Virus record (IMG/VR): IMGVR_UViG_3300020055_000005
Span: 1 to 64,000 of that record
Direction: 5' to 3' (one strand)
DNA length: 64,000 nt
Source of the DNA: a virus
Part shown: positions 9,355 through 20,391 of the stretch, one piece after another
How the letters are laid out: every line of letters begins with the position of its first letter
Numbering within the stretch: the first letter of the stretch is position 1
Translations under genes and position numbers: made by a program
Notes under the pieces: generated by a model
Told to the model about the DNA's origin: nothing
Seen by the model: only the letters and a program-made list of their open reading frames with translations
The model's database searches: none

Positions 9355-10659
9355 TTACAGAATGTTTGAAACTGCGAACTTTCTGTAGTAGAAGTTTGAA
9401 CCATCAGATGCAAGACCATTTGCAGGTGTTGAACCTACGAATGGGTTAGATACCATTCCGTATCTTGTTTTGAATCCGATTTTTGGTTGGAATGTATTCT
9501 CACCAACGGCACGAACCATTTGTAATGGAACGTATGGGCAATAGAATAGACCAGCATCGTAAGGGTTAGACCCTCTGTAACCAACTGTTAAGTAGTCAAC
9601 ACCAGCATAAGGGTCGATGTAGACTTTAACTCTACCGTTAAGAACACCAGCAAAAGTATTACCAGTGTCATCAACGTTTAAGTTAGTTGACAATGCAGGA
9701 GCGTAATCTAATACACCTGCCATTGAAAGAGCAGACGCTACGTCTGAAGAACAAAGGATAAAGTTACCTTTACCTCTTCTTGATTCTTTAGCGATCACGT
9801 TTGATTCTCTTTCGATTTGGAATAACAATCCTTTGAACTTCTCTACTGACCATCTACCGTTTGCATCTACGTCAAGGTTGAAAGTACCTGCAGATGCTGT
9901 TAAAGCAGCACCTGTTTTAGCTTGAAGATTAACTTCTCTAACAACTTCTCTGTTGATTTCTGCAAGGATTTCTGATGATAGAATGTTTGCAAGTTCTGAT
10001 TCTGCGTCAAGACCGTGGATTGCTTTTAAGTCTTGTGCAAGTTCGAGTGTGTACTCGGCTTTTAATGCTCTGGATTTTGCAGTAACAGTTGCCTTTTCAA
10101 TTGTGAAAGACATTTCGTTAAATGCGTTAGATGATGAATCACCTAAAGCTTCTGCAGTTGCAGTTGACATTCCGCCTACTGTATCAGTTGCATATCCACC
10201 TGCGAATGGGTCGCCTGATGGGTCAGCGTCAACACCTGCTGAACTGTTAGGGCCGTTTGTAGCGGAGTTTCCAGTTCTAGGTTCGTTGATACCTAATGCT
10301 TCTGATTGTGCTTCTCTAGCACCTGAAGGATAGTCATTATATCTAGCCTTCATTGCGAAAATTAACCCTGTTGGGCCTGTCATTGGTTGAACACCACAAA
10401 TGTCGTAAGCAACGAGATTTGGCATAGCTCTACGTACTAATGAGATCAAAATTGGATCCCAGTTAGAAATTGCAGAACTACCAGTAGCATTTAAAGGTGC
10501 AGCTTCTTCAAGAGTAACTCTGTCTTCGTTAAGAGCTTTCTCTTGGTTTTCAAGAATAACTGCAGTAACAGCACGCTTGTAGTTATCTTCGATCTTAGGA
10601 AGATCGGAGTGTTCTAGAATCGGTTGCCACTTTTCTTGTAAGTTTTCTGATAAAAACAT
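9355..10659 (-). CDS. gp23: Major capsid protein
   Basis: GVQPMTGPTGLIFAM, KSRALKAEYT.ELAQDLKA.HGLDAE and FQPKIGFKTRYG motifs. Confidence 0.99.
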   Translation of the reverse strand: MFLSENLQEKWQPILEHSDLPKIEDNYKRAVTAVILENQEKALNEDRVTLEEAAPLNATGSSAISNWDPILISLVRRAMPNLVAYDICGVQPMTGPTGLIFAMKARYNDYPSGAREAQSEALGINEPRTGNSATNGPNSSAGVDADPSGDPFAGGYATDTVGGMSTATAEALGDSSSNAFNEMSFTIEKATVTAKSRALKAEYTLELAQDLKAIHGLDAESELANILSSEILAEINREVVREVNLQAKTGAALTASAGTFNLDVDANGRWSVEKFKGLLFQIERESNVIAKESRRGKGNFILCSSDVASALSMAGVLDYAPALSTNLNVDDTGNTFAGVLNGRVKVYIDPYAGVDYLTVGYRGSNPYDAGLFYCPYVPLQMVRAVGENTFQPKIGFKTRYGMVSNPFVGSTPANGLASDGSNFYYRKFAVSNIL

Positions 10660-10679
10660 TTTAAGTTTTCCCCTTTAAA

Positions 10680-12038
10680 TTAACCTAATGGTTTTAGTTT
10701 TGATAATGCAGAAGTATACTTAGACATTGTTGGGTCAAGAACTGGTTCTTTATCTTCTGATAATTCACCTGTTCCTTCTTCAACAACAGTTTCTTCTGCA
10801 ATTGTCTCACCTTCAACTGGGAAGTATGCTTCTTTCAACTCTGAAACTTTCTCTTGGAAATCTTCAATGTCTTGGAAGTCTACACCATTTGATAGTGAAA
10901 CCATCTTCTCTGTTTGTGATTCAGTTAAGTCTTTGCAGGCTTCTCTGATCACGTTACTTCTCTTGAGTGAATCTAACTCTTCAGTGACTTCCATATTCTT
11001 GGACACTTCACTGTCAAGTTTAGCTTCCATCTCGTCGAGACGATTTGCGAGTTCATCAATAACGTCATACTTGTCTTCAGGTACATCAACGTAGTGCTCT
11101 ACGAATAATGTTTTAAGACCTTCGATAAAGTTTTCGGTCATTTCTGATCTCAAACCTCTTTCGATTGCAAGTTCGTTTTCTTTCGTCCACTCTTCTGCAC
11201 AATAAGTCATGTACTTGTCCACCGCTTCTGCGAGGTCTGACTTGACTTCTTCTGTCGAGGTTTTTAATTGTTCTTTGAATTGTTCTTCAAGTTCTGTCTT
11301 GATTTCAGATACTTTAGAAGACACTGCAGCTTTGAAGATTGTTTTAGCCTTTTCAGTATTTTCTTCTGATAAGTCTAATGCTTCAGAGATAGCTGATAGG
11401 TCGTCATCTATTTCCATCTCAACCAACTCAGATTCGAGTTCAGCAGATGTTTCTTCATCTACTTTTTCTTCCTCGTCATCTTCGTCTTCGACTTCGTCTT
11501 CATCTGATTCCATTTCAGACATAACTTTTTTAACATCCTCATCGTCTTTCTTTTTCATAAGTTCAACGATGCTTCGAGCGATTTCTGCCTTTGTTAAGGA
11601 CTCGTCAACTTCCTCTTCGTCATCTTTGACTTTAGAGTACATTGCCTGAAGTTTTTCTTTATCCATACCCTTCATTGCGTTGACCATTGCCTTAATTGTT
11701 TCCATCTTAGATGGTGAGTCCTTCTCAGAATCTTCGCCCTCTGAAACTTTTTTCAATTTAGGTTGTGCATCAGGTTTACCCTCACCTTTTTGTTGAGCGT
11801 CACCACTTACTTCTTTAGTTTTTTCAGCGGACTTCACAGATGCAACTGCTTTGTCAACAGGATTTTCTTCAGGTTTGACGACTTCACCTTTACCACTTTC
11901 AATTGAAGCGGCGTCAGATGAACCTTGTTTTACAGGCGCTTTGTCACCCTTTTCTGCCTTTGAATCAGGTTGTTGACCTTCTTCAATAGCCTCAACAGTT
12001 TCTTCAACTGTTTCTAGGTTTTTATCTAACTCTGCCAT
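10680..12038 (-). CDS. gp22: Prohead core scaffold protein
   Basis: Acidic coiled coil; KAKTIF.AAV, W..ENELAIERG and LFVEHYVDVPE motifs. Confidence 0.93.
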   Translation of the reverse strand: MAELDKNLETVEETVEAIEEGQQPDSKAEKGDKAPVKQGSSDAASIESGKGEVVKPEENPVDKAVASVKSAEKTKEVSGDAQQKGEGKPDAQPKLKKVSEGEDSEKDSPSKMETIKAMVNAMKGMDKEKLQAMYSKVKDDEEEVDESLTKAEIARSIVELMKKKDDEDVKKVMSEMESDEDEVEDEDDEEEKVDEETSAELESELVEMEIDDDLSAISEALDLSEENTEKAKTIFKAAVSSKVSEIKTELEEQFKEQLKTSTEEVKSDLAEAVDKYMTYCAEEWTKENELAIERGLRSEMTENFIEGLKTLFVEHYVDVPEDKYDVIDELANRLDEMEAKLDSEVSKNMEVTEELDSLKRSNVIREACKDLTESQTEKMVSLSNGVDFQDIEDFQEKVSELKEAYFPVEGETIAEETVVEEGTGELSEDKEPVLDPTMSKYTSALSKLKPLG

Positions 12039-12068
12039 TTGTTTCTCCTGTTTGAGTTTTTCCTTTTT

Positions 12069-12076
12069 TATTTATA
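12069..12076 (-). promoter_or_regulatory. Late promoter TATAAATA (gp22-gp23)
   Basis: Exact consensus. Confidence 0.75.
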
Positions 12077-12078
12077 TG

Positions 12079-12732
12079 TTAAAGGTTTTTAACAAACCTT
12101 TTCCATGCATTTAATTTAACTTCTTCCAACTTATTGAGCTTAGCAGACCTGAATTCATCTCTAATTGACTCAATTTCAACTGCTTTGAGGATACCACCTT
12201 CCATAACCCATTCTACACCTTCCATAATACCTTCTACGAAGGCCTCAGGAGCAGAAGGGTCTGCGACGATATCACCTGCAGTTGCAAGTTGGAAATCACT
12301 TTTAACGTATTGTGCGTTTCCCTTTTGTTCTAGTGAACCTAGACCTCTAGAAGAAACACCCAACTTTGCACCATCATCGATAAGATTTTTAACAATATTA
12401 CCATTTGGTGTACTTAAAATCTTTGCACGTCCCACATAGTTATCACCATCTTCTTCTAATTTAGTGATCATGTGCGACACTTTGTCAAGATTAATCGTAG
12501 GGCCGTCAGGATGTCCCAACTCACCGAATGCACGATCTTTCTCAACGAATTCTTTTACATAACGTTTTACCTCTTTCTGCATTACTTCTTTAGGGTAAAC
12601 ACGTCCATTTCTGTTCTTAATTTCTGACTGCATGAAGACACCTTCGATGAAGTAATCTTTCTTACCATCTTCGTTTTGTTCGATGATTACAGGTTGTACA
12701 CCGTAATCATTAAATTCTGATATTAATTTCAT
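12079..12732 (-). CDS. gp21: Prohead core protease
   Basis: NRNGRVYP, GELGHP, GVSSRGLGS and DIVADPSAP motifs. Confidence 0.97.
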   Translation of the reverse strand: MKLISEFNDYGVQPVIIEQNEDGKKDYFIEGVFMQSEIKNRNGRVYPKEVMQKEVKRYVKEFVEKDRAFGELGHPDGPTINLDKVSHMITKLEEDGDNYVGRAKILSTPNGNIVKNLIDDGAKLGVSSRGLGSLEQKGNAQYVKSDFQLATAGDIVADPSAPEAFVEGIMEGVEWVMEGGILKAVEIESIRDEFRSAKLNKLEEVKLNAWKRFVKNL

Positions 12733-13018
12733 CTAGTAAATCTCCAGTTTTAATTCCGTCATACGACATTTGTAACATGATTTTTTTCATGTCTTTTGTT
12801 TCTTTTTCTGCCGTTTTCATGTCTTTATAAGGGTTACCTCCAGTGAAATCATCACCGTTCAGGTAGACATGTATCTTACCCTTTTTGTCTTGGGTATAGA
12901 CTATCTCTATCTTCTTCCCACCGACTTTTTCTATATCTCTCTTAACCTCTTTTTCACCTCTAGGTGCCTTGAACTTTGCTTCGTTCAATTCTTTAGATAT
13001 AGATGCGAAAGTTTTCAT
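12710..13018 (-). CDS. Prohead core protein (gp68 position)
   Basis: MKTF..I..ELNE start; position between gp20 and gp21. Confidence 0.6.
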   Translation of the reverse strand: MKTFASISKELNEAKFKAPRGEKEVKRDIEKVGGKKIEIVYTQDKKGKIHVYLNGDDFTGGNPYKDMKTAEKETKDMKKIMLQMSYDGIKTGDLLDEINIRI

Positions 13019-13194
13019 TCGGAATCGTCACCTTCAGTTGTTGGATTGTCCATCCAGTCTACTTGTTTCTCAACTCGTTTCATGTCAACAGCGTCAGCAG
13101 CCTTCTGTTTGATACCATCAAAGGCAGCTTCTTTTGCATCGTTCCATTGACCTTTTTCGATATGGTCTACAACTTTTCTTGCATTATCACTCAT
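13015..13194 (-). CDS. Small prohead core protein (gp67 position), 59 aa
   Basis: Manual translation MSDNARKVVDHIEKG...; fills the gap after gp20. Confidence 0.7.
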   Translation of the reverse strand: MSDNARKVVDHIEKGQWNDAKEAAFDGIKQKAADAVDMKRVEKQVDWMDNPTTEGDDSE

Positions 13195-13197
13195 TTA

Positions 13198-14727
13198 TTA
13201 AAATCCTCCGAAATCATCGTCGTCTTCGTCACCACCCTCTGCCTTTTCGGTCTCGATTTGTTTGTCGAGGACTGCGATTTCGTCTTCTGTTTGTCTGAGA
13301 ATATACTTACGTATATACTCATGACTATAATATTTACCAACGTATTCTTGAGCCTGACTCAACGTATCAAGTCTTTCTCTTATGATTTCTGCATCCTTCA
13401 ACTCTGTAAAGTGGTTGTCAGTTGCGAAATCAAACTGCATGAAGTCTTTGATACCATCAAACTCTTCTGCAGAGACTACATCCTTCAATACAAGTTGTGT
13501 TCTTAATACATCTATGAACACTCTTGCAAATTTCTTTTGAAGTCTATTAGTAAACTTATTAAACTTCAATTCGTCTCTAGAAATCTCAGATGCACGACCC
13601 ATGTTAAAACCATTGTCTGCTTCTAATCTAGTTCTAGGGACATTCAGTGATTGATATAGTTTCTTCTTGAAGTATTCTATATCTTCAATCTCTGATAAAT
13701 TCTGTCCGCCTGGAAGTGTACTTATCTCTGTACCTCTTCCACCTTCTCTACGTGGTAACCAAAAATCCTCTAACATCGACATGTGTTTGCGATCATCCTT
13801 GATCTCACCAGTATCTGCATTATAAACAAGTTTGTTTCTGTACTTGTTCATAACATCGGCAAGATACTGTTCTGCCTTTGCCTTTGGAAGGTTACCTACA
13901 TCAATGTAGAAAATCCTTCTTTCAGGTGCTCTTGATATTCTATAGATAACAAGTGCATCCTCCATCATTGATAACTGATTTGCAGTCTTCAATGCTTTGT
14001 GAAGGTATCCGATTACAACATTCTTAGTGTAATCTAAAAGACCTGAGGTTGTATATGTAACTGCCTCAGGTGCAATTTTTAAGGTAGCACCTTCTGTACC
14101 ACCTGTTTTATCAAAACCTTTATCATTAAAAACGTAGAACTCTTCTACCTTCTTAATCTTTTCAATACCCTTTCTATCTTTTTCTTTCTCTACGTTACGT
14201 ACCTTTTTAATTTTTAAAGGGTCAATGATACGTAAATCTACAATACCAGCCTTTTGACGATTAGAATTCACTACCTTATGCAGATAAATTCTACCGTCAA
14301 CGTACCACTTTCTGAAAATTTCATGAGAGTTCTGATTGAACTTCATTAAAGATAGGATGTATGCAAACTCGTCTTGTATCTTAGTCTTGATACTATCAGA
14401 GAGTTTAACATCTCTGAGATCGAGTGAAACAATCCTATCTGCCGAATCAGATGTGATACACTCATTTATAATGTCTTCGATTGCAGAATCACACTCAGGT
14501 ATTAACGACACTTCACGATATCTTCGAATGAGTTCTGCCTCATTCTTGATACCACCTTCCATGTCGACATACGAACCATACGCACCACCAGTGATAAATC
14601 CGCCTGGCTGTGACTGTATGACTGGTGTTCCGTCATCGTCTACAGGTGGAACAAACGAAGGCCCTTTGACCTCCGTTGCCCTTAACTCGTCTTTTTTACG
14701 AGTTATTTCAAACCCAAATAATTCCAT
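13198..14727 (-). CDS. gp20: Portal protein
   Basis: WYVDGR, YRISRAPERRIFYIDVGNLP and EDFWLPRREGGRGTEI motifs. Confidence 0.99.
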   Translation of the reverse strand: MELFGFEITRKKDELRATEVKGPSFVPPVDDDGTPVIQSQPGGFITGGAYGSYVDMEGGIKNEAELIRRYREVSLIPECDSAIEDIINECITSDSADRIVSLDLRDVKLSDSIKTKIQDEFAYILSLMKFNQNSHEIFRKWYVDGRIYLHKVVNSNRQKAGIVDLRIIDPLKIKKVRNVEKEKDRKGIEKIKKVEEFYVFNDKGFDKTGGTEGATLKIAPEAVTYTTSGLLDYTKNVVIGYLHKALKTANQLSMMEDALVIYRISRAPERRIFYIDVGNLPKAKAEQYLADVMNKYRNKLVYNADTGEIKDDRKHMSMLEDFWLPRREGGRGTEISTLPGGQNLSEIEDIEYFKKKLYQSLNVPRTRLEADNGFNMGRASEISRDELKFNKFTNRLQKKFARVFIDVLRTQLVLKDVVSAEEFDGIKDFMQFDFATDNHFTELKDAEIIRERLDTLSQAQEYVGKYYSHEYIRKYILRQTEDEIAVLDKQIETEKAEGGDEDDDDFGGF

Positions 14728-14732
14728 ACTGA

Positions 14733-14740
14733 TATTTATA
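14733..14740 (-). promoter_or_regulatory. Late promoter TATAAATA (gp20)
   Basis: Exact consensus. Confidence 0.75.
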
Positions 14741-14770
14741 ACACCCTAAAAAGGGTATTCTTCACTGTTT

Positions 14771-15268
14771 TTAGACTACTCTGTCCCAGTGAGAGAATTC
14801 AAAATCAACTGTGAACTCTTCTAATGCATCGACTGATTCGTATGAAAGTTCGATTGCACCAATGTTAGAAGGGAACATGTTAAAGAATTCGTATCTCGCC
14901 AGTACTGAGTCGTCTTTATTAAGTTGTTCTACAAATGCACGTGATAATAAGTAATCTGTGTCAGTTGCACCTTCACCACTATCTAATGCTTGAATCTCTT
15001 GTTGCCAACCTTCTAAGGCTGTTCTTGCAGAGAATTCTACATCATTAATGATAGTAACACTCCATGGTTCGAAGGTTCTGTCCCCTGCGAGTTTAAGAAT
15101 GTGACCTCTAAAGTTTACAGGTACCACTCCAACTGTTGCAGGTGGAATTTGTGCAGCTTTACACAGGAATTCGATCTTATTACCAGCACGTGGTAAGAAC
15201 ACTCTAAATCGGTTAGCACGTGGGCCTCCACCGATCAATTGTGCTTTAAATTGGTCTATTGTTGCCAT
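14771..15268 (-). CDS. gp19: Tail tube protein
   Basis: GGGPRANRF and AGDRTFEPW motifs. Confidence 0.97.
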   Translation of the reverse strand: MATIDQFKAQLIGGGPRANRFRVFLPRAGNKIEFLCKAAQIPPATVGVVPVNFRGHILKLAGDRTFEPWSVTIINDVEFSARTALEGWQQEIQALDSGEGATDTDYLLSRAFVEQLNKDDSVLARYEFFNMFPSNIGAIELSYESVDALEEFTVDFEFSHWDRVV

Positions 15269-15281
15269 TTATCTAATCTCC

Positions 15282-17294
15282 TTAAACTGCACCGTATACT
15301 TCTTCAAACTCAACACCTGAACGTGTTGCGACGAAGTTTAATGTTACAAAGTTAATTGACTTAGCAGGTTTGATGAAGATTGAACAAACAAATTCGTTTC
15401 TATCGATAACTGAATCTGTGTTGTTTGTTTCATCACAAACTACTGAGAAGTCTACCAAACCTCTTCTATTCTTCACATCTCTTAGGAAAGGTTCTACTGC
15501 ACTTCTAAACTGAGCTCTTGTGAATGCATCATTGAATTCAAAGAGTTGTGCTTGAGCGGCAGTTGCGATTGCTTTCTCCAATACGATGAAGAGTCTTCTG
15601 ACGTTAATTCTGTCGAATGCACTTGTTGTTGACAATCCTGTTTTATCACCGAAGAGAACTGTACCTTGTCCTGCGAAAGTAACCACTGGGTTAACTCTTG
15701 CACGATAAAGGTCATCTCTAGATGATTTTCTTGGATTGAAAGCAAGTTTTGTAATACCTAAGTATTGTCCTCTTGAGAAACCTGCAGGTGAGTACCATGG
15801 GTCTCTTAACAAGTCAGATCGTGCCATAATCCCTGCAGTATGGGGGTTTGCAGGTATGTAACAATATCTGTCATTGAATCTATCGTACTGATAAACCCAA
15901 GTTGAATCGAATACAACGTATGATGAACTTGTTGCAGTATCTACTGTTGCAATAACGTTTTTCAATCTGTTATTTTCAGATGTAGGTGCAAAGTGATTTG
16001 CTTCACTGTTTGCAGTACCCAAAACGTCTTTCTTCATTGGTGATGCAACAAGGATACAATCCTTTCTTGTTTCACAAAGTTGAATACCTTGGTTGATGAT
16101 AGTTGTCCAATCTGCTAAACTATCACCGTTGTCTGTTCTAGTTGAACCTACGATCAAGAACGAGATGTCAGATGCAGATGCATCTTCAAAATGATCTTGC
16201 CATGCACCGTAGATAGTCCCAGCAGTTGGTTCTGTACCATCTGAACCTGAACTCAATGATGAGTTATTTACTGCAGAAGGTCTTCCGAATGCTGTTGTAG
16301 CTGACTGTACATGTGTTCTATGTTCGTTAACTGTAGTGTGAGTTGATGTTGTATGCGCTGTCCAATAAACCCACTGTGAATCTCTTTCGATTACATCTCT
16401 GTAATAATTAGAGTTTCCATTTGAATCTTTTGAGTCAGATGCAAGGGATACAAAAGGATACGATTCCAATACTGTGTTAGCAGTACCTGAAATTGTTCCA
16501 TCCTCATCGACAACCACTACGTGTATTTCGTCGTCTGAACCACCTGCTGATAATGCAGATGCAGACTTTGCTGGAGCTTTGTTGAAAATGTTGTAGAACT
16601 CCCAATACCTATTGACGTTAGTCGCCGCAGAAACAGCAACTGTAAGTCCTGTTCCAGTAGGTTGTCCTATTGCTTCGATAGTTAATGAATCTGTTGCGAT
16701 TGCAGTAATACGGTACTGTGTATTATGACCTACTTGGTCAAATTCAATGATATCTCTAACATTGAAAGAAGCACCTTCTCCTGCACCAACAGAAATTGAT
16801 GTGTTACCTTCAGCCTCATTTCCTGCAACTGCACCTACACCTGCGTTGAAATACGCATTTGCAGATGGACATACTGAAACTTTAAGTGAATTACCTAAAG
16901 CACCAGCAAATCTTGCAGTCCATTGACCTGTAGTCCCACTCAATGCACCATCTCTGGCAATATTTTGGTAGTCTGTATCATTTTTGATAAGTTGAGTCCC
17001 ACCACTTGAGTTAGAGTTATACAACCCTGAGTTGTTTAATCTGATAACTCGTAGTGCTGAACCATATTTCAGGAACGATTCTGCTGAATAGAAGTCTTCT
17101 GCTGAAGCATCTGTATTTGCAGGTTCGTAGAAAATGTCGACTAAACTTTTCGCATCTGAAACTGTTACTACTTCATCAACAGGGCCCCATTGAAATGTAC
17201 CAGCAAATCCTCCAACCGTGGAAGAAACTGCAGGTACAACATTTGTAAGGTCTATCTCTGAGACCTGTACGCCTGGTGATACTTGAAATGCCAT
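15282..17294 (-). CDS. gp18: Tail sheath protein
   Basis: SPGV...EID, PWYSPAG and FDRINVRRLF motifs. Confidence 0.98.
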   Translation of the reverse strand: MAFQVSPGVQVSEIDLTNVVPAVSSTVGGFAGTFQWGPVDEVVTVSDAKSLVDIFYEPANTDASAEDFYSAESFLKYGSALRVIRLNNSGLYNSNSSGGTQLIKNDTDYQNIARDGALSGTTGQWTARFAGALGNSLKVSVCPSANAYFNAGVGAVAGNEAEGNTSISVGAGEGASFNVRDIIEFDQVGHNTQYRITAIATDSLTIEAIGQPTGTGLTVAVSAATNVNRYWEFYNIFNKAPAKSASALSAGGSDDEIHVVVVDEDGTISGTANTVLESYPFVSLASDSKDSNGNSNYYRDVIERDSQWVYWTAHTTSTHTTVNEHRTHVQSATTAFGRPSAVNNSSLSSGSDGTEPTAGTIYGAWQDHFEDASASDISFLIVGSTRTDNGDSLADWTTIINQGIQLCETRKDCILVASPMKKDVLGTANSEANHFAPTSENNRLKNVIATVDTATSSSYVVFDSTWVYQYDRFNDRYCYIPANPHTAGIMARSDLLRDPWYSPAGFSRGQYLGITKLAFNPRKSSRDDLYRARVNPVVTFAGQGTVLFGDKTGLSTTSAFDRINVRRLFIVLEKAIATAAQAQLFEFNDAFTRAQFRSAVEPFLRDVKNRRGLVDFSVVCDETNNTDSVIDRNEFVCSIFIKPAKSINFVTLNFVATRSGVEFEEVYGAV

Positions 17295-17334
17295 ACTTTT
17301 TCTCCTGTTAATGTAAAAAGTTTTCTTACTGTTT

Positions 17335-17342
17335 TATTTATA
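17335..17342 (-). promoter_or_regulatory. Late promoter TATAAATA (gp18-19)
   Basis: Exact consensus. Confidence 0.75.
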
Positions 17343-17366
17343 AGTTTATTACTTTTAACGTTACTA

Positions 17367-18950
17367 TTATGTGTCTGTAAACCATCTATCTCCATTCACA
17401 TCTACAAATGAATTACTAGATTCATCCTCTTGATGGAAGAAGCCTGGGGGTAACAGATCATCTTCAATTAGTTTTTGTTGTTCTGAGTACAATAAATCCT
17501 TTACTGCACGATCAGTTAGAAATGTAAATTGTTCTGTTGTTACAAACCAACTGAATAAAACTAAATTCATCACTGTGTCATCATTATAACCTCTATCTGC
17601 CTCATAACTATTACCCTTAATAACAAATGTCATTAATTCTGTAATAGTTGCTCTATCACATAGAAGTAATCTGTTTTCTTCTAAAAGTTCTTTGAGTGTA
17701 GAACACCCAATTCTTTTTATACGTCTGTTCATCGTTATACCAATATCAGACGCCTTTTGAAGACCCTGTGCAAATACGTTAGGGTATTCAATGTCAAAAT
17801 GCAACTGTGTTGCAACCGTAGAACCTTCTGCATTGTTTTCTATAATAACTAATGCTTCATTATACGGTCTTACGTATTTATTAATTATGTCAGGTAACAA
17901 GAGCGATGAAATCATATTATCTCTATATGTTAACACCTGTCTGAACGGTTTCGCAGATACATCGACTACGGTGAACGTAGAATAGTCCATACCACGTCCT
18001 GAGGACACGTCTACTGTACAGACATAGTTATGCTCAGGTTGAGGTAACTCATAGACTTTTACACCGTCTTTACCCCACTCATGGTCTCTTGCTCGCATTC
18101 CTAAGAGCGTATCTGCGTTGATAAGGGTTGCACCTGTCCCTAAGAAACTATTACCGTATTCCTGTTCAAATTGCGCCTCAGAGGTATTTGCAATGGTCAT
18201 CTTCTTCCATTCTTCATCTCTGCCTGGCACATCGTACCAATTAATTGTAAAATGTTTATACTCTGATTGTCCGTGAACTGCAGATTCATATATCTTATGG
18301 AACATATTACCCACACCATTTGCAGTAGATGTAATAATAACCTTTGAGTCTTTACCTGAGGTTACCACTGGATATGTTGCAGTATAGAACTCTTCTGCAC
18401 CTTCTACGAATGCAAACTCATCGAGATATAGTAAGTTGATTGACATACCACGAATCGAACTAGAAGATGTTGCGGCTGCGACTACTTTAGAATCATTACC
18501 AAATTCTATCGAACCTTTGTTAAGAATCTTAACTCCAGGCTGCAGAAAGAATGGAACAGACTCTAACATAGTAACGAGACGTGCAATCATCTCCCTTGCA
18601 ATTGCACCTTTGTTTGCAAGTATAGCAACTGTAACTTCAGGATTGAACAACAAATACCATAATAGATATGCACAAGATGTAATTGATTTACCACTCTGAC
18701 GTGATGCGAGAACAACATTAAATCTGTTTGAATTATAATGATTGATTAATTTTTCTTGATATCCACGAAGTTCAAAAGGAACTAAACCTTCGTCAAGTGA
18801 TATAATTTGAGTGTAAGATTGAATGAAATAACAAGGGTCTTTAGTACACTTCAAGTACTCTTTTAATTCTTCTTCGGTATACTGGTGGTTGATGCCAGAA
18901 CGTTTGATTAAGTTATTACCGAGATAACCCTCATTCTTAGGTTGTACCAT
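17367..18950 (-). CDS. gp17: Terminase large subunit
   Basis: SRQSGKS, LLYLDEFAF, STANG and nuclease DVS.G/DD motifs. Confidence 0.98.
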   Translation of the reverse strand: MVQPKNEGYLGNNLIKRSGINHQYTEEELKEYLKCTKDPCYFIQSYTQIISLDEGLVPFELRGYQEKLINHYNSNRFNVVLASRQSGKSITSCAYLLWYLLFNPEVTVAILANKGAIAREMIARLVTMLESVPFFLQPGVKILNKGSIEFGNDSKVVAAATSSSSIRGMSINLLYLDEFAFVEGAEEFYTATYPVVTSGKDSKVIITSTANGVGNMFHKIYESAVHGQSEYKHFTINWYDVPGRDEEWKKMTIANTSEAQFEQEYGNSFLGTGATLINADTLLGMRARDHEWGKDGVKVYELPQPEHNYVCTVDVSSGRGMDYSTFTVVDVSAKPFRQVLTYRDNMISSLLLPDIINKYVRPYNEALVIIENNAEGSTVATQLHFDIEYPNVFAQGLQKASDIGITMNRRIKRIGCSTLKELLEENRLLLCDRATITELMTFVIKGNSYEADRGYNDDTVMNLVLFSWFVTTEQFTFLTDRAVKDLLYSEQQKLIEDDLLPPGFFHQEDESSNSFVDVNGDRWFTDT

Positions 18951-19342
18951 TAGTCTTTATTCTTTTTCAGAAACTTCTGCAAGTCAGATGTTGACCCCAC
19001 ATATAGATGATTGTGTTGTGTCTTTGGTGCATCTTCACCTTCTAGTTTCTTTAATTTACTTTGTAGATCAATAAGTTTTTCTGCAGTCTCACCCACTGTT
19101 TTAATTAATTGTCCTGCAACTTCGTATGCACGTGGATGTTCCGTTTCTTTGGATAGTTCTAAGATACCATCGATTGCATCTTGTCCTCTCTCTACGAGAT
19201 TATAAAGATTCTCTCTGGCATATTTGTAATCTGTTTCGATATTCTCTGTTCTTGCAGGAAGTTTGACTAAGTCTGTCTTTTCCTTAATATCAGAACTAAT
19301 ATCTAACAGATCATTGAGTTGTTGATCTACTTTGTCTGTCAT
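18950..19342 (-). CDS. gp16: Terminase small subunit
   Basis: DYKYAR.NL, HPRAYEV and YVGSTSDLQK motifs. Confidence 0.93.
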   Translation of the reverse strand: MTDKVDQQLNDLLDISSDIKEKTDLVKLPARTENIETDYKYARENLYNLVERGQDAIDGILELSKETEHPRAYEVAGQLIKTVGETAEKLIDLQSKLKKLEGEDAPKTQHNHLYVGSTSDLQKFLKKNKD

Positions 19343-19344
19343 AA

Positions 19345-20391
19345 TTAAACTGCATCACTATCTATGTCTTCTTGGAATGTAGATGGTGCGCCATCATCAT
19401 AAAATGTTACCGTCTCTGCGACAACAAATGTATCTGTTGGGTCAACCGAACCTACAAACTTCAATGTAGTGTCTGCATCTAGTGTCACTGCATTACTCAC
19501 TACCATTGATAATCTATCTGTTGCAATCGATGTAATAGTTGGATTCGTTGATAAGTTTGTTCCAAAAACTTCATCTGATGCACTTATCTTACTATTTATT
19601 GCACTTGAAAAAGTAATAGTTGTTGAGTTAGAAACTGCGTTAGATACTTCTGCAAATGCAGGTTCATAGTGTTTAACTTCTTTTACTAGACCTGATGAAC
19701 TGATTTGTGACGTTGTAAATAACCCTGTTGCACTATTGATATAATCTCTTTCAATAACATTTGTAATAATCTTACCAGTACTTACAGGGCCGAAGAAGTA
19801 TATCTTCATTGTAAAGTCTAGTGTATATTCAATAACTCTTCTCTCTTCGAATGTCCCTTCGTACTGATCATCCATACTTACTGAATTTAAAACAATAGGA
19901 ACATCCCTAGTGTCAGACATATCATCGATCATTTTCATAGTGACCGTGTATTCAGGTTGAAAGTATGGTAGAATTTGTTCTACAATTTGTAATGCATCTA
20001 TAGCATTCTTTGCAAGAACACTTAGTGAGAAGTTTAGATTATATGGTGCAGGTTGATATTGAAACCCTCTATTAACTCCATCAGATTCTAGTGTTGATTT
20101 ACCATGTCTGATAATTTTGTTTTGTTGTCTAGTTGCATCATATTCAAAACCTGCTAGTTGAAATGCCATACGTGGAAGAGAGATTGCAGTCCTGTTACCA
20201 TCAGAAAGATTAGGTTCTTCTGCAAGTCTCTGTAAAAACTTCTGTTTAGGGCCGTATGAAATAGGTACCAATTGTTCTGTTAAAACAGTACCATCTGATT
20301 TTGTTTTCTTAACTTTGATGTTATTAAAGAGAGTACCGAATATAGAAATTGATCTTTTGATAGTCTCATTATAAAAATATGTACCAAACAT
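19345..20391 (-). CDS. gp15: Tail sheath stabiliser / proximal tail terminator
   Basis: FGTLFN, VPISYGPKQKF and QIVEQILPYFQP motifs; C-terminal extension. Confidence 0.95.
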   Translation of the reverse strand: MFGTYFYNETIKRSISIFGTLFNNIKVKKTKSDGTVLTEQLVPISYGPKQKFLQRLAEEPNLSDGNRTAISLPRMAFQLAGFEYDATRQQNKIIRHGKSTLESDGVNRGFQYQPAPYNLNFSLSVLAKNAIDALQIVEQILPYFQPEYTVTMKMIDDMSDTRDVPIVLNSVSMDDQYEGTFEERRVIEYTLDFTMKIYFFGPVSTGKIITNVIERDYINSATGLFTTSQISSSGLVKEVKHYEPAFAEVSNAVSNSTTITFSSAINSKISASDEVFGTNLSTNPTITSIATDRLSMVVSNAVTLDADTTLKFVGSVDPTDTFVVAETVTFYDDGAPSTFQEDIDSDAV